Source: Leptonemataceae bacterium (GTDB lineage Bacteria > Spirochaetota > Leptospiria > Leptospirales > Leptonemataceae). From it: a stretch of 64,000 nt of DNA. This document shows, one piece after another, positions 41,813 to 51,346 of this stretch. How positions within the stretch are numbered: position 1 is the first letter of the stretch; every line of letters starts with the position of its first letter. Location of the stretch: the NCBI GenBank assembly GCA_965227295.1, contig OZ245742.1, positions 896,001 through 960,000 of the forward strand, written 5' to 3'. A program made the position numbers and the translations under genes. The notes below the pieces were generated by a model, which ran no database searches, was not told the DNA's origin, and was given only the letters and a program-made list of their open reading frames with translations.

Positions 41813-43411
41813 CTGAAAGCAAAAGCGCTCCAGTTTCTTTCGCGCCCGGAAATTCGCGGGGCGATCCTCGCCTGCGCCGTTCTTTTCTGTTTCACGAGAA
41901 TCAACTATCTCATCCATCCGCTCATCTGGCCGGACGAAGCGCTCTTTTCGAATCCGGCCGCGGCACTGGTGGAGACCGGCCACTTTCGCACGAATGTCCT
42001 GCGCGGCCTGATCCCCGGCATGGACGAAGCGACGCTCTGGAACTCGCCGCTGCACATGACGCTGCTCGCCGGCGTGTACACGCTGACGGGCGAGAGCCTG
42101 ATCGCGGGGCGCAGCATGTCGCTGCTGTTTGCCTTCGGCGTCGTGTTTTTGTTCGCGAGGATCACCCGGCGATTTTTCGGAGAGGACAACGAAAGCAAGA
42201 CGAGTGGACGGCTGCTCATTCTGCTGCCGCTGCTCCTCGTCTTTGATCTCACATTCCAGCGCTCCGCGAATACGATTCGCATGGACGCCCTGGCCCTGTT
42301 GTTTTTTCTCGGGGCTTACGATTTTTTGACGCGTGAGTTTTACGCCGGCCGGCGGAGTCTGTCGCGACCGTTCCTGGCGGGGCTGTGCATGGGCCTTGCC
42401 GCGCTCACGCATCCCATCGCCATCCTGCTTCCGCCGGTGGTGATTCTCTGGCTCGGACTGCGACCGGTGGCAATCCTCACCGCCGCCCTCGGAGCGGTGG
42501 CCGGCCTGTTGCCCTGGCTGCCGTACATTCTCGCGCACCCGCAAATCTTTTGCGTTCAGTTCATGTCTCAGCTCGTGCGCAAGCAGGACATCCTCTCCGT
42601 AACCGGCGGCGATACCGGCGGCATGTTCGTGGTCTTTACGTCGCAGTACGGCGGATCGTTCTGGTGGATGTTCGGGGCCGCCATCGCCTTCGCGTTTGTC
42701 CTCGGCGCGGGATTGCTGTCACTTGTCGAGGCCGCGCGCTCCCGGGGCCTGCGCGAACTTGTGCGTTCGTCGTTTTTTCGGATTTATCTCTCGTTCGTCG
42801 TCGTCTTCGTAATGGTGCTGTTCGCGTCCGAGGCCTGGTATCCGGTCTACGTCGGTCCGTGGTTTCTGTGGACCGCCGCCGCGCTTTTTCAAAAAGGCGA
42901 GCAAGATCGAACGGCCCGCAGTCGGCGCGTGATTCTCCGCACGGCGCTGATGATCGTCGGCGGTTTCTTGATTCTCAGTTCGCTGGGATTCACCGCACGA
43001 GAACACGGCCGCGGTACGGCGCACCGTGCGGCCGACTTCACGCAGCGCCTGGCCGTTGCGGCCTCATCGTGTGAGTCGGTCTACGTACGCAGCTTTCCCG
43101 ATCCGTACTTCGCGCTGCGGCGGAGCTCTCCGCAAACCGAGGTCCTCGAGTTCGTTCCGGGCAAACTCATCTTCGATCCGGAGCGCATGCCCCTGCAATC
43201 GCTGCGGGAATGCATCGCCCTGCCGGGCGGTCAGCGCGCGTATTTGCGCCGCCGCTTTGCGGAAATCGAATGCTTTCTGCTCAATCCCGCCGACGACTGG
43301 GAGCCGATTCTGCGCGATTATTTAAGAGAAAACTCCAGCGACTTTACGGTCACGCCGATCTCCGCCGAAGCTCCCCTCGCGCCGGCGCGCTTGTTTCGGC
43401 GCATTCGCTGA
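41813..43411 (+). CDS. GT-C fold membrane glycosyltransferase (ArnT/PMT-like); start uncertain
   Basis: Multi-TM; the in-frame region upstream of the first canonical start (41969) encodes a TM helix and IWPDEALF (GT-C DE motif); candidate CTG start at 41813. Confidence 0.75.
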   Translation: MKAKALQFLSRPEIRGAILACAVLFCFTRINYLIHPLIWPDEALFSNPAAALVETGHFRTNVLRGLIPGMDEATLWNSPLHMTLLAGVYTLTGESLIAGRSMSLLFAFGVVFLFARITRRFFGEDNESKTSGRLLILLPLLLVFDLTFQRSANTIRMDALALLFFLGAYDFLTREFYAGRRSLSRPFLAGLCMGLAALTHPIAILLPPVVILWLGLRPVAILTAALGAVAGLLPWLPYILAHPQIFCVQFMSQLVRKQDILSVTGGDTGGMFVVFTSQYGGSFWWMFGAAIAFAFVLGAGLLSLVEAARSRGLRELVRSSFFRIYLSFVVVFVMVLFASEAWYPVYVGPWFLWTAAALFQKGEQDRTARSRRVILRTALMIVGGFLILSSLGFTAREHGRGTAHRAADFTQRLAVAASSCESVYVRSFPDPYFALRRSSPQTEVLEFVPGKLIFDPERMPLQSLRECIALPGGQRAYLRRRFAEIECFLLNPADDWEPILRDYLRENSSDFTVTPISAEAPLAPARLFRRIR

Positions 43412-43503
43412 ATTCGCCTCGATCGAACACGGTCTTTCGAAACGCACACTGCGCCGGGATTTTTTTCGGTGGTACGTCGGCCCCCGCGCCGATGATAACG
43501 TTA

Positions 43504-44205
43504 ATGGCAAGGGCATCGATCGGCTCGGTCGCGGAACGCGACGTCTACGCACTGCTGCGCGTCCTCGAACTGGACGAACTCACTTCCTCGGAAAGCCTGG
43601 AAAGCCGCTTTAAGGCCCTGATCAAACGTTATCATCCGGATCGCAACCGCGACAACAGCGCCTGGGCGAACGATAAAACCCAGGAACTGATCGAAGCCGT
43701 CCGCCTCCTCCGCGATCACATTGAACACCACGGCCCCGTACTGCGCCGGCCACAACGCCAGGCCCGCGCGACTCCGGCACCGCCGAAACCGCGGCGCGCA
43801 CCCTCGTCCTCGTTTCAAATGATCGAAGGGCGGCGCATCAACTACGCTCTGCCTATCGAATGCATCGTAAAGATCGTCGGCGTGCGGGATTCCTGCGTAC
43901 ACCGTGCGTATCCCGGACCTTACTGCGAACTGGACGGCGAACTCTATCCACTGCACAATCTTGAAGGCGAAGACCTGCGCTGGGACGAAGCGTCCTTCGT
44001 GGTGCTCATGCGTTCGCCCCTCCTGCGCGCCGGCATTGTGCTCCCGCGGGAAGCGCGTTTCGCCGGCATCGAAGTCTTTCGATTGAACGAGGCCCTCTCG
44101 CGGAATTCCGCGCATCGGACCCACGGCCTCTGGATTCGTCACGGTACGAAGTACTATCTGTGTCCGTCCGAGTTCATTCAACCGGCAGCCGCGCGTTCGG
44201 CTTGA
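43504..44205 (+). CDS. J-domain protein with C-terminal CheW-like region
   Basis: YALL.VL…FKALIKRYHPDRN J-domain; C-terminal NYALPIECIVKIV…ELDGELYPLHNL resembles CheW strands. Confidence 0.7.
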   Translation: MARASIGSVAERDVYALLRVLELDELTSSESLESRFKALIKRYHPDRNRDNSAWANDKTQELIEAVRLLRDHIEHHGPVLRRPQRQARATPAPPKPRRAPSSSFQMIEGRRINYALPIECIVKIVGVRDSCVHRAYPGPYCELDGELYPLHNLEGEDLRWDEASFVVLMRSPLLRAGIVLPREARFAGIEVFRLNEALSRNSAHRTHGLWIRHGTKYYLCPSEFIQPAAARSA

Positions 44206-44235
44206 AGTACCGGCCCCGTCCGCTAAAAGCAGTGC

Positions 44236-45057
44236 ATGGAACCGCATCTCGACGTTCCGCCGGTCCCCCATCCGAAACTGAGCGATCGTTACGGTCTATG
44301 CCCGGAGACCGGCGTCGTTTACTACAAACATGCGCACAACGTAAGTTACGAGGGCGACTATTTCCTCGACGAGTACAAAGCGCAGTACGGCCGCACGTAC
44401 TTCGAAGACGAGACACACCTGCGCGCGCTGAGTCGCCGGCGTCTGGAATTGCTCGCCGGCCGGACCGAGGGTTCGCTCTTCGAGCTCGGCTGCGCCGCGG
44501 GCTATTTTCTGGATGAAGCGCGCCGCGCCGGTTTCGACTCCGTGCGGGGCCTCGAAATTTCCGGATACGCCGCAAAGCATGCGCGCGAACGCCTGGGACT
44601 CGACGTGCAAACCCGGGGCTTTCTCGAAGCGGATGATGCGCCGGCCCGCTACGACGTCGTGGCCGCGTTTTATGTGATCGAACACTTCGCGGAACAACGC
44701 ACGGTATTTCAGAAAATCGCGAGGATGCTGAAACCGGGCGGACGTTTCGTCTTCGCGTTGCCGTCGGTCCACGGCCCGCTCTTCGAGTACGATCCCGCGC
44801 GCTGGGAAGACACGCATCCCGCCGATCACTTCGCGGATTACGGCCCCGGCAGTCTGCGCAAGGCCTTGAAACATTACGGTCTGCGCCTGCTCGCCGCGCG
44901 GCCGTCCTCGTATCATCCCGAAAGGGCGCGGGGCCTCAAAGGCTCACGGCTGTTTCGGCCGTTCTACAAAGCTTACGCCGACTTTGCGTGTTACGGGGAT
45001 ACATTCGAAGGCGTGGCGATAAAGGACGACTCGATCGTCCAAAAAAACGCTCGTTGA
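44236..45057 (+). CDS. Class I SAM-dependent methyltransferase
   Basis: LFELGCAAG, GLEIS, YDVV…VIEH and LKPGG motifs. Confidence 0.88.
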   Translation: MEPHLDVPPVPHPKLSDRYGLCPETGVVYYKHAHNVSYEGDYFLDEYKAQYGRTYFEDETHLRALSRRRLELLAGRTEGSLFELGCAAGYFLDEARRAGFDSVRGLEISGYAAKHARERLGLDVQTRGFLEADDAPARYDVVAAFYVIEHFAEQRTVFQKIARMLKPGGRFVFALPSVHGPLFEYDPARWEDTHPADHFADYGPGSLRKALKHYGLRLLAARPSSYHPERARGLKGSRLFRPFYKAYADFACYGDTFEGVAIKDDSIVQKNAR

Positions 45058-45089
45058 CAGAAGCGTTCCTGTCTTGATTCTCGGTCATC

Positions 45090-45458
45090 GTGTTTCGTAG
45101 ATCGCACACGTTTCGGCTCGGTGCCGTTTGGGCTCTCGCCCTGTTCGCCTCCGTTTCCACGCTGGCGTTCACGCACGAGTACGTAAGCCACGGCCATCAT
45201 GCCGGGTCGTCTCACGCGCATCACGAAACAGAAGATGCCGGCGGCACAGCCCTCATGCCCGGCCGCTCCGCCGACTACGACGCACACTGCGACGTTTGCG
45301 AAGCCCTGGCCCGCACGGTTTCTTTCGCCGCCCTGGAGCGCGCACCCTTTGTAGTCCTGCGTGTCGTCGACGACGGTACGGTCGCAGCCGTCGCCATCGC
45401 CCCTTCCGTGCGCACCTCACGCACGCTCACCTGCCGCGGTCCTCCCGCTCGTTCCTGA
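45090..45458 (+). CDS. DUF2946-like His-rich/CxxC leader protein with C-terminal RGPP
   Basis: Signal/TM segment, HEYVSHGHHAGSSHAHH, HCDVC and terminal RGPPARS; upstream of a metal uptake operon. Confidence 0.75.
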   Translation: MFRRSHTFRLGAVWALALFASVSTLAFTHEYVSHGHHAGSSHAHHETEDAGGTALMPGRSADYDAHCDVCEALARTVSFAALERAPFVVLRVVDDGTVAAVAIAPSVRTSRTLTCRGPPARS

Positions 45459-45576
45459 CGGTTCGCACGAGTACCGCTCCGCCGCCGGAATCGGCCCGCC
45501 CGAGCGATGCAACGTACGTACGCGCCGTCTCCCTCAACCATTTTCCGATTTATTCATTATTTACTGAGGTACTTTT

Positions 45577-46242
45577 ATGTTCTTAACATCATCTTACAAA
45601 AAACTAGCATTCGCACTGCCCGCGCTTTTCGCGGCAATTTCCTTCACGCATTGTAGCGGCGTCCTGGGCTCCGACGACAATAGCGACGATGACGCCCTGG
45701 GCGTCGCCCTGCTCGGCGCCCTCGGTCTCAACGCCACCGCCGGCTGCTCTCTGGGCGGAACGACATTCACCGCAAGCGGTGCCGCCTGCGGTACCGGCGT
45801 CGCCACGGGCACCGGCACGCTCACCGCGGCCAGCCTGAAGTCGGATTTCGTTTCCGTGCAACTGAGCTTTCAACTGCTCGATTCGACCTCGTCGCTTTCC
45901 CTGATCGGCGGCACGAACCCGGCCGCGGGCGCCGTATCCTCCGGCAACGCTCCGGAATTTCAGATTACGCCGACCGTAGCCAAACTGCCTTCGGACTCGG
46001 CGACGGGCACCACCGGCCCCGGTGTGGCCGCGGCAACCTGGTGCATCGAACTGCATCTCGAAGAATCGCCGCCGCACATCATCGCGGACAAACAGAGCTG
46101 TTCGGTAAAAGCGACGTCTTCGGTCTCGTACGAAGATGCGAATGAATCGCCGTCGCTTCAGGGCGGTCTGTGGGGCTTCGTGCTGAACAACGCGGCGATC
46201 ACCAGTCTGACGGTGAATACGTCTGAAAACTTCAGCGACTGA
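45577..46242 (+). CDS. Lipoprotein of unknown function
   Basis: GAGGT SD; basic N-terminus, hydrophobic stretch and SFTH-C lipobox-like site; Gly/Thr-rich. Confidence 0.75.
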   Translation: MFLTSSYKKLAFALPALFAAISFTHCSGVLGSDDNSDDDALGVALLGALGLNATAGCSLGGTTFTASGAACGTGVATGTGTLTAASLKSDFVSVQLSFQLLDSTSSLSLIGGTNPAAGAVSSGNAPEFQITPTVAKLPSDSATGTTGPGVAAATWCIELHLEESPPHIIADKQSCSVKATSSVSYEDANESPSLQGGLWGFVLNNAAITSLTVNTSENFSD

Positions 46243-46265
46243 AGCAAACTCGCGAGATCAACATC

Positions 46266-47528
46266 GTGAAAGCGCTGAAGTTTATCGGCGCGACGTTCGT
46301 CTTTGTGGCGGGCGTCGCGCTGTACGCACAGGAGTCGCCGGGCGATGATACCGTGGCCCAGGCGGAAACGCAGGCAATCGAGGACGCCTTCGCCGAAGAG
46401 TTTGAAGAACCGAATTCCCCGCGCGATAGAGACGAGGAACCGCAAGACGCCGGCAATTTCATGCGGGACGGTCGCGTGCTTGAGCATCGGGACGCCACGG
46501 GCAACACCTATACCCTGGATATCATGGCGGCGGTGGACATGGTGGGCGAATGGGACAACAACGAACCGAAGACGACGCTCAATGAATTCGAGGTTCGCGA
46601 AGTGGAGGTGGGGTTCATTGCCGCCGTGGATCATTTCGCCGAAGGTCACGTCATGATGGCGGCGCATCAGGAGGGCGGGGAATTTCTGTACGAGGTACAC
46701 GAAGCCTATTTTTATTTTCCGCGCTTCTTTTTGCCGAACACTTCGGCGCGCCTGGGTCAATTCTTCTTCGACGTCGGTCGATTAAATTCGATCCACCGTC
46801 ACGACTGGTCGTTTACGAACGCCCCGCTCGTCCACGAAGAACTGCTCGACGAAGAAGGCGCCGTGGATACCGGCCTGGAACTGAGTTTCCTGATGCCCTG
46901 GGAGCTTTTCTGGCAGGAACTCACCGTGGGTGTATTCAACGGCAAAGAATTCGGCCATACCCACGTGAAGGGTCCGACGAAAAACAATCCGCTCTACACC
47001 GCGCATCTCAAACAGTTCGTTCCGTTTACCGCGGAGTGGGGCTCGCAGTTCGGCTTTTCGTATTTACGCTGGCATCCCACCGAAGAACCGCACAAGGTCA
47101 CGCATCAGTACGGCGGCGACCTGTTGCTAAAGTGGGCCGGCGGGCGACGATCGTTCCAGTGGTTGTCGGAAATATGGTATCGCGAAACCCGCGAAAAAAA
47201 CGAACGCCGCTTCGATGATCCGGCCACGCCGATCGAAACGCGAGTGGGCTGGTATTCGTTCCTGGAGTTTCGCTTTCATCCGCAGTGGGGCGCCGGCTAT
47301 CGCTATGACCTGTTCACGAATCCGAACTACGTCAACGAGGACGGCGAGAAGCAAAAACGAAACGGCACCGAGGCCCACTCGATCATGGTGACGTACTATC
47401 CGTCGGAGTTTTCGTACTTTCGCGCAACGGCGGAACGCGCCACGACCCTGGAGACGGGGAAGAACAACTATCAACTGTACGTGCAGGCGGATTTCATTAT
47501 TGGAGCACACCCGGCACATGTGTACTGA
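46266..47528 (+). CDS. Outer-membrane beta-barrel associated with metal uptake
   Basis: Signal peptide; REVE, HEAY and GRLNSIHRH motifs; C-terminal IGAHPAHVY; precedes a ZnuA-like gene. Confidence 0.75.
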   Translation: MKALKFIGATFVFVAGVALYAQESPGDDTVAQAETQAIEDAFAEEFEEPNSPRDRDEEPQDAGNFMRDGRVLEHRDATGNTYTLDIMAAVDMVGEWDNNEPKTTLNEFEVREVEVGFIAAVDHFAEGHVMMAAHQEGGEFLYEVHEAYFYFPRFFLPNTSARLGQFFFDVGRLNSIHRHDWSFTNAPLVHEELLDEEGAVDTGLELSFLMPWELFWQELTVGVFNGKEFGHTHVKGPTKNNPLYTAHLKQFVPFTAEWGSQFGFSYLRWHPTEEPHKVTHQYGGDLLLKWAGGRRSFQWLSEIWYRETREKNERRFDDPATPIETRVGWYSFLEFRFHPQWGAGYRYDLFTNPNYVNEDGEKQKRNGTEAHSIMVTYYPSEFSYFRATAERATTLETGKNNYQLYVQADFIIGAHPAHVY

Positions 47529-47566
47529 TCGGCGGGACACCGGAATGCAAGAATAGAGGAAGATGT

Positions 47567-48499
47567 ATGATAATTGCTAAGCGTATTCTATTGTTTGTTA
47601 GTGTGTGTGTATTGGCGATAGGCGGGCCGCTCCAGGCTCGCGATGAACCGCTGCGTGTGGTGACAACCACAACGGACCTGGCGTACATTGCACGGCAGGT
47701 CGGCGGGGACCGTGTGCAGGCGGAGGCGTTGCTTCAGGGCAGCGCCGATCCGCACTACGCCCAGGCGCGTCCCGACTACATCGTAAAGCTCAACAAGGCC
47801 GACGTCTTTGTCGAGGTCGGCCTGGAACTGGAAGTCGGCTGGGCACCGGCGGTCCAGAAGGCCGCACGCAACGCCGACATCCTTCCCGGCGGGAAGGGCT
47901 ACTGCAACGCCAGCGAGGGCGTACGCATCCTGGAGAAGCCGCAGTCCCGCGTGGACCGTAGCATGGGCGACGTGCATGCCCTCGGCAACCCGCACTACTG
48001 GACGGACCCGGTGAACGCGGCTATCATCGCGCGCAACATCCGGGATACGTTCATCCGCGTGAACCCGGCCGGCAAACGCGACTACCAGGCGAACTACGCC
48101 GCGTTTCATCAACGCCTCAAAGAACTCACCGTAGCCCAGGCGAAACTCTTCGCGCCGTATCGCGGTCTGAAGGTCGCTGTGTATCACAAAGAATTTTCGT
48201 ACCTGGCCCATCGCTTCGGTTTCGATATCGTCGCTTCCATCGAAGAGAAACCGGGCGTGCCGCCGTCCGCGGCGTATCTGCGCGAGGTAACGGACCTGCT
48301 CGAAGTCGAGGACGTGAAGATCATTCTCACCGCGCCGTTCAATGATCAAAACTACGCGCGCTCGGTGGCCGAACGGGTCGGCGGCGAAGTGATCGTCATG
48401 CCGCTCTCGGTGAATGCGGAAAGCGGCGTCGGCACCTACGAGGACAGCATCGCCACCATGCTGGCCCGCCTGCGCGCGGCGGCGGATCGATTGCAGTGA
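47567..48499 (+). CDS. Zn/Mn ABC transporter substrate-binding protein (ZnuA/TroA family)
   Basis: VVTT, DPHY, LE, NPHYW.DP and YHKEF.YL metal-ligand His motifs. Confidence 0.92.
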   Translation: MIIAKRILLFVSVCVLAIGGPLQARDEPLRVVTTTTDLAYIARQVGGDRVQAEALLQGSADPHYAQARPDYIVKLNKADVFVEVGLELEVGWAPAVQKAARNADILPGGKGYCNASEGVRILEKPQSRVDRSMGDVHALGNPHYWTDPVNAAIIARNIRDTFIRVNPAGKRDYQANYAAFHQRLKELTVAQAKLFAPYRGLKVAVYHKEFSYLAHRFGFDIVASIEEKPGVPPSAAYLREVTDLLEVEDVKIILTAPFNDQNYARSVAERVGGEVIVMPLSVNAESGVGTYEDSIATMLARLRAAADRLQ

Positions 48500-49164
48500 G
48501 CTCCAGTGTTCTCGAAGCACGGGACGTGAGTCTGGCTTACGGCGCAAATGTCTTGCTGGAAGGAGCGAGTTTTAACATTCGTCCGCAAGAAGTTTGCGCC
48601 GTGCGGGGACCGAACGGCAGCGGAAAGACGTCGCTTCTGAAGACGTTGATCGGCCTGCGCAACCCCAATAGCGGCCGCGTCCTGCGCGAGACAAATCTGC
48701 GCATCGGGTACGTGCCGCAGCTGCGCAGCCTGGACCCGGCGTTCCCCGTGAGCGTGCGAGCGCTCTTGAAGATGAGTTTCCCGGGCCTGCGTTACCTGAC
48801 ATCACCGGCCGCACGCAGAGAACGCGCAGTGGTCATCGAAACCATTCTGGAAGAAGTCGGAATTCCGGAGGATGTCCGGCGGCGACAAATTCGCGAGTGC
48901 TCCGGCGGAGAATTCCAGCGGGCCCTGATCGGTCGAGCCCTGGCGCTGCAACCGCAACTGCTGGTTCTCGACGAACCCACGGCCTCTCTCGACTACGAGG
49001 GCAAGGAGCAACTGCTGGCGCTGCTGCAACGAGTGCACAGGCAACGCAGTGTAACGATCTTACTGACTTCCCATGATCTGAACTTAAGCGCGGAGTTCTT
49101 CACGACGCACCTGGAAATCTTTCGCGGAGGGCTCCAGGTGGAGCGGCGGAGCGACAAAGCATGA
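48496..49164 (+). CDS. Metal ABC transporter ATP-binding protein (ZnuC-like)
   Basis: GPNGSGKT, GYVPQ, SGGEFQR, LVLDEP and SHDL motifs; 4-nt overlap with the upstream gene. Confidence 0.92.
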   Translation: MSSSVLEARDVSLAYGANVLLEGASFNIRPQEVCAVRGPNGSGKTSLLKTLIGLRNPNSGRVLRETNLRIGYVPQLRSLDPAFPVSVRALLKMSFPGLRYLTSPAARRERAVVIETILEEVGIPEDVRRRQIRECSGGEFQRALIGRALALQPQLLVLDEPTASLDYEGKEQLLALLQRVHRQRSVTILLTSHDLNLSAEFFTTHLEIFRGGLQVERRSDKA

Positions 49165-50024
49165 TGGAACTGCTGACTACGATGATCGACGGCCTCGTTT
49201 TCTATCAGGCCCAGGTCTTCACCGGGACCGTGGCCGGGGCGGCCTGCGCCGTACTGGGCGTTTTCGTGTTGCTGAACCGCCAGGCGCTGTTCGCCGCCAC
49301 CATGTCCCAGGCGGCGACGTTCGCCTTCGCCGTCGTGACGGTGCTGCACGGCCTGGGAGCCCACGGTGCCGGGAACAGCCACCCGCAAGATACCTGGCAG
49401 ACGCCGCTGCTCGCCACGATCTTCATGATTCCGTTTTTTCTAATGCGCCGCCGCGGCCGCTTTCCGGACGCGGCCCTGGTCGGCGGCATCGTCCTGTACT
49501 CCGCGGCGTCACAAATCCTCACGGTTACGACCGGCCTGCATACGCACCTCCTTGCCGCGTACTTCGGAAACATCTTAACTGTCAGCGATACGGACTTAGC
49601 CTACACCCTGCCCATCGTCGCAATCTGCACGGTACTTTTCGTATTGCTGTACCGTTCGTTCGTCGCGGTGTCCTTCGACCGCGATCATGCCCGGCTGGCC
49701 GGTTTACGCGCGACGGCGATCGAAACGAGTTTCTTCGTAATCCTCTGCGTGCTGGCCACGCTCACCATTCGTCTGCTCGGCGCTTTTTTTGCACTGGCGC
49801 ACCTGGTGTTGCCGGCCCTCGCGGCCCTGGCGGTTTCCCGCAGTATCGCCACCGCGGTCCTGATCGCCTTCGTGATCTCGGTGACGACGACGGTGCTCGG
49901 CTTCGGCCTCTCGTTGTTCCCGATCTCCCTGGCGGGCGGCGCGGTCGTGAATCTGCCCACGTCGAGTGTGATCATCCTGCTGCTCTGTTTCTGCGCCGTC
50001 GTCCCGATCTTTCGCCGCGCATAG
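49161..50024 (+). CDS. Metal ABC transporter permease (ZnuB-like)
   Basis: Multi-TM; LGVFV.L.R, FGNILTV and SFD…A…G motifs. Confidence 0.88.
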   Translation: MMELLTTMIDGLVFYQAQVFTGTVAGAACAVLGVFVLLNRQALFAATMSQAATFAFAVVTVLHGLGAHGAGNSHPQDTWQTPLLATIFMIPFFLMRRRGRFPDAALVGGIVLYSAASQILTVTTGLHTHLLAAYFGNILTVSDTDLAYTLPIVAICTVLFVLLYRSFVAVSFDRDHARLAGLRATAIETSFFVILCVLATLTIRLLGAFFALAHLVLPALAALAVSRSIATAVLIAFVISVTTTVLGFGLSLFPISLAGGAVVNLPTSSVIILLLCFCAVVPIFRRA

Positions 50025-50071
50025 TCGCGGAAACTCATTGCCGCAACGGACCGGCCGCGTTTACTGGAATC

Positions 50072-50644
50072 GTGAAGTCCTTTTTACAGAAGTTCGCGGT
50101 ACCGCCGCTTTTTCTCCGCCGGCTGGTTGCCAGGCTCATCGACTACGCCGTGGTCGCGGCGTCCCTCGCGGCAATCCTGCTCGGCCTGGGGCTGGCACTG
50201 CGTCTTCTTGAAGTATTGAGCGATGTGGTCGACTTCTCCGGCTATCGCAGTGTGGTCATCATGCTCGGCACGCTGGTGGCCGTGGTGATTACGGGGCTGG
50301 CCGTACCGGCCTGGTGGAATCTGCGTTGCCTGCGCGCTTCGGGCCAGAGCATCGGCAAACGTCTCGCGGGTCTGAGGATCGTCGAAACGGATCAGCCTGC
50401 CGCTCAGGCGCCGGCCTTGCGCGTGGCGATGCTGCGCATGATCGCGCCGGCGGTTCCCACGGTAGGCGGATTGTTTTTGTATCTCTTCGCCGCGGACTTC
50501 GGCGGATCGCAGTTCATGCTGAATCTCACTCTGTATCCGCTGGTGCTGCTCTACTACGCCGGGCGCTACGGTTCGGCTTTCTTCGACGCGGGCGGCCGGG
50601 CCTGGCACGATCACCTGGCCGGCACGCGCGTGGTGGAGGCGTAA
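50072..50644 (+). CDS. RDD-family membrane protein
   Basis: RRLVARLID, GQSIGKRL.GLRIV and WHDHLAGTRVV motifs. Confidence 0.88.
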   Translation: MKSFLQKFAVPPLFLRRLVARLIDYAVVAASLAAILLGLGLALRLLEVLSDVVDFSGYRSVVIMLGTLVAVVITGLAVPAWWNLRCLRASGQSIGKRLAGLRIVETDQPAAQAPALRVAMLRMIAPAVPTVGGLFLYLFAADFGGSQFMLNLTLYPLVLLYYAGRYGSAFFDAGGRAWHDHLAGTRVVEA

Positions 50645-50650
50645 GTTCGT

Positions 50651-51334
50651 ATGATTTGCCGCCTCATTTTACTAATATCATTTGGAACGACCTTAGCGAG
50701 TTGCAGCATGACGAACGCCCAATCCACCGTAAACTCCGAAATCGCCCGTCTGTCCGCGGACCCCGACTACGTCGACGTCAGCGAAATCGACGGCTTGATC
50801 CTGGACCTGCGCTACGCGTCTCCGAATAACTTCGTCGGCCGCGACGTTTACGGCGACTTCGATCGTTGCTTTTTACACCGCATCGCCGCGGAAAAACTAC
50901 AGGCGGCCGTAAAAAATCTGGGCTCCGCGAAACCCGGCTGGAAGTTCTTGATCTTCGATTGCCTGCGCCCGCGCACGGTGCAGCGAATTCTCTTCGAAAA
51001 AGTGAAAGGCACCGCCCAGGAAAAGTACGTCGCCGATCCGGACAAGGGCAGCATCCATAACTACGGCTTTGCCGTGGATCTTTCCCTGGCGGACGAACAC
51101 GGACGTGAGATCGACATGGGCACCGGCTTCGATTCGTTCGAGGCCGTCGCCGAACCGCGGCGGGAAGCGGAGTTCCTGAAGAGCGGCGAGCTCTCGCAGA
51201 CGCAAGTTGCAAATCGAATGATCTTACGCGATGCCATGACCGGCGCCGGCTTTATTCAGTTGCCGTACGAGTGGTGGCATTACGACGCCCTGCCGAAGAG
51301 CGACGTGCACGGCAAGTTTCGGATCGTGGAGTGA
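50651..51334 (+). CDS. D-Ala-D-Ala dipeptidase (VanX/DdpX, M15D), probable lipoprotein
   Basis: LAS-C lipobox; RYA..NNF, D..RP, S.H..G.AVD, DMG..FD and EWWHY motifs. Confidence 0.9.
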   Translation: MICRLILLISFGTTLASCSMTNAQSTVNSEIARLSADPDYVDVSEIDGLILDLRYASPNNFVGRDVYGDFDRCFLHRIAAEKLQAAVKNLGSAKPGWKFLIFDCLRPRTVQRILFEKVKGTAQEKYVADPDKGSIHNYGFAVDLSLADEHGREIDMGTGFDSFEAVAEPRREAEFLKSGELSQTQVANRMILRDAMTGAGFIQLPYEWWHYDALPKSDVHGKFRIVE

Positions 51335-51346
51335 GGGCGGCGCACG

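Noticed and set aside
50651-51334. VanX-like gene as vancomycin resistance
   Set aside because: No vanH/vanA/vanRS nearby; stand-alone D-Ala-D-Ala dipeptidases are common housekeeping enzymes.
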